Shown: piece by piece, positions 31,892 through 41,300 of the stretch | Numbering within the stretch: position 1 is the first letter of the stretch | Layout of the letters: the number at the start of each line of letters is the position of its first letter | Origin: a virus | Reading direction: 5' to 3' (one strand) | Length of the DNA stretch: 49,442 nt | IMG/VR virus record: IMGVR_UViG_3300010167_000030 | Location: 1 to 49,442 of that record | The notes under the pieces: generated by a model | Databases searched by the model: none | What the model was told of the DNA's origin: nothing | What the model saw: the letters and a program-made list of their open reading frames with translations, nothing else | Translations under genes and position numbers: made by a program

Positions 31892-32158
31892 ATGAACATT
31901 AAAGAAGCATATAAAAAAGTAAAGGAATTAGGAGATGAAAGAAATTATTTAGATAGATGCTATGAGTTCAATGATAAATGGTATTTTTTCTTTTTCGACA
32001 AAGAGTATCCGTCAGATGAAAAACCTTTTGGAGGGGGCTATGATGTGATTGATCAGAAAACCGGCGAAATTACATTTATATCAACCGGGAACGAGGAATT
32101 TCATGAAGCTTTTGAAAAAGATTTAGTAAAAAAAATAGACGTTGCTATATTTAAATAA
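31892..32158 (+). CDS. Putative immunity-like small protein
   Basis: 88 aa, ATG after AAAGGAGAG. Small acidic alpha/beta-looking protein directly downstream of the toxin-like domain gene. Assignment is by context. Confidence 0.45.
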   Translation: MNIKEAYKKVKELGDERNYLDRCYEFNDKWYFFFFDKEYPSDEKPFGGGYDVIDQKTGEITFISTGNEEFHEAFEKDLVKKIDVAIFK

Positions 32159-32180
32159 ATAATCAAAGAAAGAAAACTAA

Positions 32181-32213
32181 AGGTAGAGTCGCGATAAGCA
32201 CTCTATCTTTTTA
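32181..32213 (+). terminator. Rho-independent terminator between the inserted cassette and the portal gene
   Basis: AGGTAGAGT-(10-nt loop)-ACTCTATCT followed by TTTTTA. Confidence 0.6.
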
Positions 32214-32241
32214 TTTGGAGAAAATGGAGGTAATGGATTAC

Positions 32242-33492
32242 ATGGACGAGAGATCATTTGGTTCCAGGCTTAAACACGCATGGAATGTTTTCCTTAACAA
32301 AGATCCAACCGAAGACTATCGAGACCTTGGAGCGAGTTATACGTATAGACCAGATAGGCCGCGCTTTACTCGTGGCAACGAGCGCTCGATTATAACTGCC
32401 GTATATAATCGCATTGCACTTGATACGGCGTCTATTAGCATTCAACATGTACGATTGGACGATAATGATCGATTTCTATCCGTTATCGAATCCGGATTGA
32501 ATAATTGCCTAACAAAAGAAGCAAATGTTGATCAGACTGGGCGAGCATTTATTCAAGATATTGTCATGTCTATGATGGACGAAGGAAGCGTAGCCATTAT
32601 TCCAATTGATACAAGTTTCAATCCGCAAATTACCAATTCCTACGATATTCTTACAATGCGAACCGGAAAAATTATGGAATGGATGCCACAACACGTAAAA
32701 ATTCGTGTTTACAACGAACGAACTGGTTTAAAAGAAGACATCAAAGTATCTAAAAGAGTTGTCGGTATCATTGAAAATCCACATTATGCGGTGATGAATG
32801 AATTTAATTCGACCATGCAACGTTTGGTAAGAAAACTTAATCTTTTAGATGTTATGGACGATCAAAACAGTTCCGGTAAATTAGATTTGATCATACAGTT
32901 GCCATATATTATTAAAACCGAGGCAAGACGCGAACAAGCGGAAATTAGAAGAAAAAATATAGAAACTCAGTTAGCAGGTTCTAAGTACGGAATCGCTTAC
33001 GCGGATGGGACAGAACGCATTACACAATTAAATCGTCCGGTTGAAAACAAATTAATGTCTCAGATTGAATATTTAACGAGTATGCTGTATAGCCAGTTAG
33101 GAATCACTCAGAGTATATTAGATGGCACTGCCGACGATAAGACAATGCTGAATTATTACAACCGAACAATTGAACCGATTATTTCAAGTATTGTAGATGA
33201 AATGAAAAGAAAATTCCTGACTAAAACAGCTATGTCACAGTTGCAATCGATTTTGTTCTTCAGAGATCCATTTAAACTTGTTCCGGTTTCTAGTATTTCC
33301 GAAATTGCTGATAAATTTACCAGAAACGAAATAATGAGCTCAAATGAATGGAGGCAAGTTATTGGAATGAAGCCGTCCAAGGATCCTAAGGCAGATGAAC
33401 TTAGAAATAAGAATTTATCTGCGCCAAAAGAACAGAACGATGATAATGTCATCGAACAGGAAACAAATTCAAAGGAGAAGGAGGAAGTTTAA
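32242..33492 (+). CDS. Portal protein (positional)
   Basis: About 416-425 aa between TerL and the protease-capsid gene, with an acidic C-terminus. Start is ambiguous (TTG 32215, ATG 32224/32233/32242); 32242 has the best GGAGG spacing. Confidence 0.6.
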   Translation: MDERSFGSRLKHAWNVFLNKDPTEDYRDLGASYTYRPDRPRFTRGNERSIITAVYNRIALDTASISIQHVRLDDNDRFLSVIESGLNNCLTKEANVDQTGRAFIQDIVMSMMDEGSVAIIPIDTSFNPQITNSYDILTMRTGKIMEWMPQHVKIRVYNERTGLKEDIKVSKRVVGIIENPHYAVMNEFNSTMQRLVRKLNLLDVMDDQNSSGKLDLIIQLPYIIKTEARREQAEIRRKNIETQLAGSKYGIAYADGTERITQLNRPVENKLMSQIEYLTSMLYSQLGITQSILDGTADDKTMLNYYNRTIEPIISSIVDEMKRKFLTKTAMSQLQSILFFRDPFKLVPVSSISEIADKFTRNEIMSSNEWRQVIGMKPSKDPKADELRNKNLSAPKEQNDDNVIEQETNSKEKEEV

Positions 33493-35286
33493 ATGGAACC
33501 ATATGATTTTAGTGGTTGGGCTACCAGAAATAATCTTAGATGCTCTGACGGGAGAACAATTTTGAAAGACGCTTTTAAAGGAAACGACGGACAGAAAGTT
33601 CCCTTGGTTTGGAATCATCAACACAATGAACCGTTTAATGTTTTAGGCCATGCTCTGTTGGAAAATCGCGATAGCGGCGTATATGCATATTGCATATTTA
33701 ATGGAACGGAATCCGGCCAAAACGCAAAACTTATAGTCGAGCATGGAGATGTTTTATCGCTTTCCATTTATGCTAATCAACTTAAACAGCAAGGTGGAAA
33801 TGTATTTCATGGATCTATTCGAGAAGTAAGTCTCGTTCTTGCGGGAGCAAACCCAGGGGCTTTTATTGATTCGGTATTAAGCCATGGAGAAGAAGCTAGC
33901 GAAGAAGAGGCTATTATTTATACCGGAGAAAACATTGCCCTATATCATGCAGACGATAAAAAACAAGAAGATATTCCCAACCAAAATACTTTAGAAGGAG
34001 ATGGAACGATGATTGGAAAAGAAGAAGCCTTAGCACACGCGGAGGTAGAGAGTAGAAAAGATGAAAGCGAAGAAACCGTTGCTGATGTTTTTAATACCCT
34101 AACCGAGAAACAGAAAACTGTAGTATATGCAATGATTGGTCAGATCGCCGAAGAAGTGAGTGGAGAAGATGAAGAAGGAGAAGGAGATAAAAATATGAAA
34201 CACAACATATTTGATTACGATCAAGAAGATAATAAGGACTATTTAAGCCATGCTGATACGGAAGCGATATTTGCAGATGTCAAACGCTATGGAAGTTTAA
34301 GGGATAGCGTTGCTGCTCATGGTATTGAAAAAATTGATTACTTATTTCCCGATGCCCAGAATGTAACGAATACCCCTCAACTCATACAGCGAGATATGGA
34401 TTGGGTCCGTAGGGTTATGAATGATGTCCATAAAACTCCTTTTTCCAGAATTAAATCCATATTTGCCGATCTTACAGAGGACGAGGCAAGAGCAAAAGGC
34501 TATATAAAAGGCAAAGCAAAGAAAGAAGAAGTTTTCTCGTTGCTTAAACGCACAACAACTCCGCAAACAATCTATAAAAAGCAGAAAATAGATCGTGATG
34601 ATGTAATTGACATTACAGACTTTGATGTCGTTGCGTGGATAAAAAGTGAAATGAGAACAATGTTGGATGAAGAAATTGCACGTGCGATTCTCGTTGGGGA
34701 CGGACGTCTTAGTTCTTCCGATGACAAGATCAAAGAAGACAACGTTCGTCCGATTTGGACAGATGCGGAATTGTATACCATTAAGGCTTTGATAGAACTT
34801 CCCGCAACTGCTACCACGGATCAAAAAGCAAAACAATTTATTCGCACTGCCGTTAAAGCTAGAAAGAACTATAAAGGTTCTGGCTCTCCGACTTTGTACA
34901 TAACGGAAGATGTACTTACAGATTGCTTGTTATTAGAAGACCTTAACCAGCGTGTAATTTATGATACGGTTGACAAATTAGCTACTGCTTTACGCGTAAG
35001 AGAGATTATAGCAGTTCCGGTAATGGAGAACCTATCGAGAACGGTAGATGGAAAAACGACCAATCTCATGGGGATAATAGTTAATCTTACCGATTACAAT
35101 ATTGGCGCGGACAAAGGCGGGGCTATAAACATGTTTGACGATTTCGACATCGATTACAATGCTTTGAAATACTTAATTGAAACTCGTTGTTCCGGGGCAT
35201 TAATAAAGCCATACTCTGCAATTGTTTTGGAAGCGACTGCTTCAGAAACAACAGGCGGCGAAGGCGGAGAAGAAGTCTCGGGGTGA
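33493..35286 (+). CDS. Prohead protease (HK97 S78-type) + acidic linker + major capsid protein fusion
   Basis: N-terminus VPLVWNHQH...VLSLSIYA...IREVSLVLAGANPGAFI fits S78/U35 proteases. E-rich segment at aa 135-235. The C-terminal roughly 350 aa is capsid-like (..LDEEIARAILVGDGR..). Confidence 0.7.
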   Translation: MEPYDFSGWATRNNLRCSDGRTILKDAFKGNDGQKVPLVWNHQHNEPFNVLGHALLENRDSGVYAYCIFNGTESGQNAKLIVEHGDVLSLSIYANQLKQQGGNVFHGSIREVSLVLAGANPGAFIDSVLSHGEEASEEEAIIYTGENIALYHADDKKQEDIPNQNTLEGDGTMIGKEEALAHAEVESRKDESEETVADVFNTLTEKQKTVVYAMIGQIAEEVSGEDEEGEGDKNMKHNIFDYDQEDNKDYLSHADTEAIFADVKRYGSLRDSVAAHGIEKIDYLFPDAQNVTNTPQLIQRDMDWVRRVMNDVHKTPFSRIKSIFADLTEDEARAKGYIKGKAKKEEVFSLLKRTTTPQTIYKKQKIDRDDVIDITDFDVVAWIKSEMRTMLDEEIARAILVGDGRLSSSDDKIKEDNVRPIWTDAELYTIKALIELPATATTDQKAKQFIRTAVKARKNYKGSGSPTLYITEDVLTDCLLLEDLNQRVIYDTVDKLATALRVREIIAVPVMENLSRTVDGKTTNLMGIIVNLTDYNIGADKGGAINMFDDFDIDYNALKYLIETRCSGALIKPYSAIVLEATASETTGGEGGEEVSG

Positions 35287-35328
35287 TGAAAATGAAGGAA
35301 AAATTCAAAATGGAAGTAGGAAAATGTA

Positions 35329-35661
35329 ATGGGAAAATTTTATGGTGTTATAGGCTACGCCGACCAGGTCGAAAAAAGCCCAGGTGTTTGGACGGAGCAG
35401 ATAACAAAACGATATTACTCGGGCGATGTGCTTAAACAAGCTATAAATCGACGAGATGGCGAGAATTTGAATTCGAGCGTTACTGTCGATAACCGTTTAA
35501 GCATTGTATCCGACCCATTTGCTGAACAAAACTTTCAAAAAATACGTTACGTAACATGGATGGGGGCTAACTGGCAGATTAAATCTGTAGAAGTTCAACG
35601 CCCCCGTTTAATTTTGACGATCGGAGGAGTTTACAATGAACAGAAGGTTGGAGCTTCATGA
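35329..35661 (+). CDS. Head-tail joining / neck protein (positional)
   Basis: 110-aa ORF downstream of the capsid gene. Confidence 0.5.
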   Translation: MGKFYGVIGYADQVEKSPGVWTEQITKRYYSGDVLKQAINRRDGENLNSSVTVDNRLSIVSDPFAEQNFQKIRYVTWMGANWQIKSVEVQRPRLILTIGGVYNEQKVGAS

Positions 35662-35956
35662 CCTTTTTATTGGGATACTCGGAACAGAAGAAGAGGAGTT
35701 TTCTCGTGTTTACTTTCAGCCTCCGCAAGACGTCCAGCTAATGTTTCCGTGTATCATTTATCGGCGTAACACGAACGATACAAGATATGCCAGCGATAAA
35801 TTGTATAAGACAAGGAAGTCTTATTCGGTAACCGTTGTTGATTCTGATCCGGATGGTTTAATTCCGGACAAAGTAGCTCTTCTGCCTTACAGTCGTTTTG
35901 AACGGCATTATACGGCAGATAATCTAAATCATGACGTATTCAACGTCTACTATTAA
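35636..35956 (+). CDS. Head-tail joining / tail completion protein (positional)
   Basis: 106-aa ORF. Confidence 0.5.
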   Translation: MNRRLELHDLFIGILGTEEEEFSRVYFQPPQDVQLMFPCIIYRRNTNDTRYASDKLYKTRKSYSVTVVDSDPDGLIPDKVALLPYSRFERHYTADNLNHDVFNVYY

Positions 35957-35969
35957 GGAGGAAAGCATA

Positions 35970-36656
35970 ATGTCTAAATTACAATGGGATGCTATTGGTG
36001 AAAGATTTTATGAAACAGGCACGCGCATGGGCGTTCTTTACCCACAAGATAAAGATGGAAAGTATCCAAAAGGAGTTGCATGGAACGGTTTAACCGCCGT
36101 TACCGAAAGTCCATCCGGAGCTGAACCAACCCCGCTTTATGCTGACGATATAAAGTATCTTGTATTGATGTCGGTCGAGGAATTCGCGGCCACCATCGAA
36201 GCTTATACATATCCAGATGAATTTATGCCATGTGACGGATCTGGAGAACTTGTTCCTGGAGCATACCTCGGTCAACAGAATCGTCAATCGTTTGGAATGT
36301 CGTATAGAACCGTCCTTGGGAACGATACCGAAAGAGAGGAATATGGCTATAAATTGCATTTAATTTATGGGGCCACTGCATCTCCTTCGGAAAAAGCATA
36401 CCAGACAATAAATGATACTCCCGAAGCAATTACGTTTTCATGGGAAGTTGCGACGGTTCCTGTTCCGGTAGAAGGATTTAAACCAACGGCTTGTTTGACT
36501 CTTGATTCTAAGAAAATTGGAGACGCCGCGATGAAGGCGATTGAGGATGTTCTTTATGGGTCCGATGAAGGAAATGGCGAGCCAAGGCTTCCTCTTCCCA
36601 ATGAAATAAAAAGTATAATTTCAGAAATCGAGCCAAAGGAATCAATAGCAGGTTAA
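35970..36656 (+). CDS. Major tail (tube) protein
   Basis: ATG after AAGGAGG. WDAIGERFYETG..GVLYP....GVAWNGLTAVTESPSGAEPTPLYADD...IEAYTYPDEF is a pattern I associate with siphovirus major tail proteins. Confidence 0.65.
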   Translation: MSKLQWDAIGERFYETGTRMGVLYPQDKDGKYPKGVAWNGLTAVTESPSGAEPTPLYADDIKYLVLMSVEEFAATIEAYTYPDEFMPCDGSGELVPGAYLGQQNRQSFGMSYRTVLGNDTEREEYGYKLHLIYGATASPSEKAYQTINDTPEAITFSWEVATVPVPVEGFKPTACLTLDSKKIGDAAMKAIEDVLYGSDEGNGEPRLPLPNEIKSIISEIEPKESIAG

Positions 36657-36691
36657 AAATAGTTAATGGGAATTTGAAAGGAGAAATAATC

Positions 36692-37081
36692 ATGTTAAAG
36701 AAAACCGTTACTTACAAAGATTACGACGAGAACGAAAGGACCGAAGATTTTTACTTTAATCTTACTAAAGCAGAAGTTTTCGAACTTGAGTTGGGAAGCG
36801 TTAAGGGTAAGTTAACTGACATGATTGAAAAAATTGTTAAAGAAAACAATAATCAAGAGCTAATTAAACTTTTTAAAAAAGTTGTTCTTATGGCTTATGG
36901 GCAAAAATCGCTTGACGGTCGAACGTTTATTAAAAATGACGAGATAAGAGCCGAATTTGAGCAAACAGAAGCGTATTCCGTGATATTTATGGAACTTGCT
37001 ACGGATGCCGATGCTGCGGTTTCGTTTTTTAATGGGATAATTCCACAGAGCCCTCAAGATCATCAAGTGAAACAAAATTAG
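36692..37081 (+). CDS. Tail assembly chaperone (G-like)
   Basis: Position upstream of the tape measure. 129 aa, acidic. Confidence 0.55.
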   Translation: MLKKTVTYKDYDENERTEDFYFNLTKAEVFELELGSVKGKLTDMIEKIVKENNNQELIKLFKKVVLMAYGQKSLDGRTFIKNDEIRAEFEQTEAYSVIFMELATDADAAVSFFNGIIPQSPQDHQVKQN

Positions 37082-37099
37082 TTGGAAGGAGACGAGTAG

Positions 37100-37642
37100 G
37101 TGTTTCAGGTTGTTATACCCGAATCGGAAAACTGGGATGAGACAAAAGAAGAATTCGTACAAATTAAATCAGTGACTTTTCAGATAGAACATTCTCTCGT
37201 CTCTCTTTCTAGATGGGAATCTAAATGGAACATACCGTTCCTTGAAAAAAATGATAAAACGACTGAACAGATAATTGACTATGTACGTTGTATGACCACT
37301 ACTCAGAATGTCGACCCAAAAATTTATCAAAGATTAACAGCTCCGATATTTTCACAAATTTCTGAGTATATAGAAGCGCCAATGACGGCAACTTGGTTTA
37401 ACGATGAACTTGACGCAGCGAGAAAGAAGGAAGTCATAACAGCAGAGATTATCTATTATTGGATGATCGTTCAGAACATACCCCTAGAATGCCAAAAATG
37501 GCACCTTAACAGGCTTTTAACGCTTATTAGGGTCTGTAGTATTAAGAATGCCCCTCCTAAGAAAATGGGGCGAAAAGACATGCTTGCTCAGCGAAAAGCA
37601 TTAAATGAAACTCGACGTAATCGAATAAATTCCAAAGGATGA
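37100..37642 (+). CDS. Second tail-chaperone-region protein (T-like position)
   Basis: GTG start 8 nt after AAGGAG. Same reading frame as 36692-37081, separated by TAG-N15-TAG. Confidence 0.55.
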   Translation: MFQVVIPESENWDETKEEFVQIKSVTFQIEHSLVSLSRWESKWNIPFLEKNDKTTEQIIDYVRCMTTTQNVDPKIYQRLTAPIFSQISEYIEAPMTATWFNDELDAARKKEVITAEIIYYWMIVQNIPLECQKWHLNRLLTLIRVCSIKNAPPKKMGRKDMLAQRKALNETRRNRINSKG

Positions 37643-37655
37643 GAGGAGAATTAAA

Positions 37656-37955
37656 ATGCCGAAGACTAGAAAAGAAGATGAAGGAGATCAAGAACTAAAA
37701 GAATCCGAAAGCGAAACCGTAGCTGTAACCGAAACAGAGACTGAATCGTTTAAAAAGTATCAAGTTAAGATCAGTGTCCCAGCATTAAATGTTCGTAAAG
37801 GTCCCGGAAAGGGTCATGAAGTAATTGCCACTATTTTAAATAAGGATAAAGAGTACACAATTATCAAGGAATTTGAAGGATCGGGAGATATTAAAAAGTG
37901 GGGAAAATTAGAATCGGGCGGTTGGATTTCTCTTGATCATGTAAACCTCATTTAA
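37656..37955 (+). CDS. SH3b-domain protein
   Basis: YQVKISVPALNVRKGPGKGHEVIATILNKDKEYTIIKE....WGKLESGGWISLDHV is typical of a bacterial SH3 fold. Confidence 0.6.
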   Translation: MPKTRKEDEGDQELKESESETVAVTETETESFKKYQVKISVPALNVRKGPGKGHEVIATILNKDKEYTIIKEFEGSGDIKKWGKLESGGWISLDHVNLI

Positions 37956-37971
37956 GGTTGAAAAATTCAAA

Positions 37972-38352
37972 ATGGGAGTAGTAATTAAGCATTATGGCGA
38001 TTTTAGTAATCTCGATAAATTCCTCCGGAATTACGATCGTCAAAAATTGATTGGAGTTCTTAATTCACTTGGCCAAGAGGGAGTAAATGCTCTTGCGTCA
38101 GCTACTCCCATTGATTCTGGCGTAAGCGCGAGTTCTTGGGGGTATGAGGTTCAAGCAAGAAAGAATTCTTTTAGTATAAGATGGACGAATTCAAACGTTA
38201 ATAAAGGAATACCTATCGTTATACTCATACAGTACGGTCATGCCACTGGTTCTGGAGGTTACGTTCAAGGAAGAGATTTTATTAATCCTGCTATTCAACC
38301 TATTTTTAACAGAATTTCAAATGCTATATGGGAGGAGGTCAATAGACTATGA
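37972..38352 (+). CDS. HK97 gp10-like tail component
   Basis: ATPIDSGVSASSW...IQYGHATGSGGYVQGRDFINPA fits the gp10 family pattern (P-x-D-T/S-G ... E/Q-x-G ... F-h-x-P-A). Confidence 0.5.
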   Translation: MGVVIKHYGDFSNLDKFLRNYDRQKLIGVLNSLGQEGVNALASATPIDSGVSASSWGYEVQARKNSFSIRWTNSNVNKGIPIVILIQYGHATGSGGYVQGRDFINPAIQPIFNRISNAIWEEVNRL

Positions 38353-41300
38353 GTATAGATAAACGCATAGTCGATATGCAATTCAATAATGCAGCTTTTG
38401 AAAAAGGCATAGGAACTACGTTATCCTCCTTAGAACAACTTAAGAAAAGTCTCGATTTCGATGGTGGTAGGGGTTTTGACAATCTTACAAAAGCGGCCCA
38501 AGGAGTCGATGCCGGTATAGAAGCTATAAAAGTGAGTTTTTCAGCATTACAAATTGTTGGAATTACTGTTTTATCTGAATTAACTAAGGGCGCTCTTAAT
38601 ATGGGCAAACAGATTGTTGGCTCGTTGACGGATCCTTTAATTTCTGGCGGTAAAAAAAGGGCGCAAAACATCGAACAAGCTAAATTTATGTTTAAGGGTC
38701 TTGGAATGGACACCGAAGAAGCGATGAAAAATTCCAGGGAAGCGGTTCTTGGTACGGCTTACGGTTTGGACGAAGCCGCTAGGATTGCTGCCCAATTAGG
38801 GGCGTCCGGCGTGGAACTTGGAAACGATATGACGACAGCCCTAAAGGGCATTGCTGGTGTTGCGGCCATGACTAGCAGCGATATGACATCGATCGGCTCT
38901 ATATTTACAACGGTTGCAGGTCAAGGAAAACTCATGACGATGCAATTAAGACAGATGGAGAATAGAGGCCTTAATGCAGCCGCTGTTATGGGGGAAGCAT
39001 GGGGCAAAACAGAAGCCGAAGTTAGGGACATGATAACAAAAGGGCTTGTCAGCTTTGAAATGTTTTCTGGCGCTATGAGTTCTAAATTTGGCGAACATGC
39101 AACTAAAGCTAATGAGATGTATAGCGGAGCCATTTCAAATATGAGATCGGCTTTTGCCAGAATAGGTGCTGATTTCTATACGCCTTTTTATGAAAATATG
39201 AGACAGGTTATCAACGCTTTTACTCCAATCGTAAATCAGATTCATGCCGGATTAAAACCAGTTTTAAATAGTATGGAACAAGGGATGATCTCAGTTAGAG
39301 AACATATTGTCGGAGTATTTGAAGGTTTAGACCTTAGTGACTTTATTGGTAAATCGATAAAAGCTGGTCCTTACTGGACGTCAACGCTCAAAGGAATTTA
39401 TACTCAGGTTGAAGAAACGGGCACCTTATCGAGGGTAATGCTTAGCCAAATGGAGATATCGGGAATAGATGCAGCAGGAGCGATAGCTAAATCGATGGGT
39501 AAAACAAATGAAGAAATTAGAGAGATGATTTCAAACGGCGAAATTACCTTTGAAATGTTCGATAAAGCTATGAATGCGGCCGGCGCCTATCCGGGAATAA
39601 TTTTAAACAGTCTTAGTGCCATTAAAAATGTTCTGAATGTACTTTCTGAAGCGATAAAACCAGTTCGAGATGCGTTTAGAGAAATTTTCCCTTCAAAAGG
39701 AACCGGCGGTCTTGCGGCATTTGTTGAGAATTTTAAGGATTTAACTGAAAAATTCAAAATAGGGGAAGATGCAGCGAATAATATTAAACGGACATTTAAA
39801 GGAGTTTTTGCGATATTTGACATTGGCCTTATGGGAGTAAAAGGGGCAATACAAGTCCTTGGATCTGCGATTAGTTTATTAGTTGGAATTATCGCACCTG
39901 GCGCTGGCGGGATATTAGACCTTACGGCAGTTATTGGAGATTTTTTTGTATCACTGAGAGACGGAATTAAGCAAGCCGAACCATTTGCTCTCGTTGCAGA
40001 AGTAATAAGCGGGGCGCTTAATAGTATCAAAACAACTATTAATGGATTTCTTAAAGTTAGTCTTGAACCAATTAGGACCTTTTCAAGAGATGCAGAGGAT
40101 GCATTTAAACCACTTACCGTTGTTTCAACTGGTGTTACAACGGCGTTTAGCGCTATACAAAAGGTAATGGAATTCGTAGCTCCAGGCGTTAAATGGTTGG
40201 GCGGAATGATCGTAAAAGCTTTTGGTAAAATGGCTGAAGGAATTTATACTTTTATAAGCAGTCTCGGAGATGCGCAACTAACTCTCGGAATATTGAATAC
40301 ATTGCTTCTTACTGGCGTATACGTTTCTATAAAAAACGTCGCCGATCGAATACTAAAAACTATAAAAGACATTCCAGCCGCTATTGGCGGTTCGACTTTT
40401 ATAAGTATGAAAAAGGCGTTTGACGATTTGCGTATAACTTTTCAAGCTTATCAACAAAATATTAGAGCTAAAACATTAAAAGAAATTGCTATAGCTATTG
40501 GTATTCTTGCCGGTTCTTTATGGGTTTTATCTACTATTAATCCGGAAAAATTAGCGCTTGGTGTAGCTGGAATTACGACTCTTTTTGCCAATCTAACAGG
40601 CGCTATGATTCTTATGACTCAAAAATCGATTCTTAGTATGAAATTGCCAATAGTTGCATCCGGGCTTACGTTTATGGCTACTGCTATATTAATACTATCT
40701 TTTGCAATGAAAAATTTAGCAGCATTGGACTGGGAAGATCTTCTAAAAGGTTTGATTGGGGTGGGTATTTTAACTGAAATATTGATTAAAGCAGCAGATT
40801 CGATATGGATGGCGGGACCCAAACTGATACAAACCGGAATTAGTCTTATTGCTTTCTCTACGGCGATATTAATAATGACCCAGGCAGTTAAACAACTTGG
40901 CGATCTTGATCATATTTCGTTAGCTAAAGGTTTAATTGGAGTTGGCGTTTTACTCGGAGGACTTGTTATATTTTTAAAAAAGGCCAAACTTGAGAAAATT
41001 GGAATGAGTTCTGCCGTTGCTTTAATAGCTTTAGGAGTTGCTCTTAAAATTATGGCAAGCGCGGTAGCTAGTTTTGGAAACATGGATCTTATTACGTTAG
41101 CAAAAGGTCTCGGCGGCGTAGGCGTATCGTTGGCGTTACTTGCTATGTTTACTCGTATTGTAGATGATAAAAAACTTCTTGGTACTGGCATTGCCATGAT
41201 AGCGGTTGGAGCTGCAATGCTGTTATTATCAAAAGCAATTGTTACAATTGGTTCAATGAAACTCGAAGAACTTGATAATGGTTTGTTGGGAATGGCGGTG

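Noticed and set aside
35187-35435. Arg-rich 82-aa + strand ORF spanning the capsid/neck gene junction.
   Set aside because: It overlaps the 3' end of the capsid gene out of frame, gives a low-complexity RRRRRR translation and has no SD.
37040-37052. T6 run near the end of the chaperone gene as a programmed frameshift site.
   Set aside because: Shifting -1 gives an immediate TAA, and shifting +1 gives ATG-GGA-TAA. The downstream ORF is in the same frame as the upstream one, so a frameshift cannot join them.
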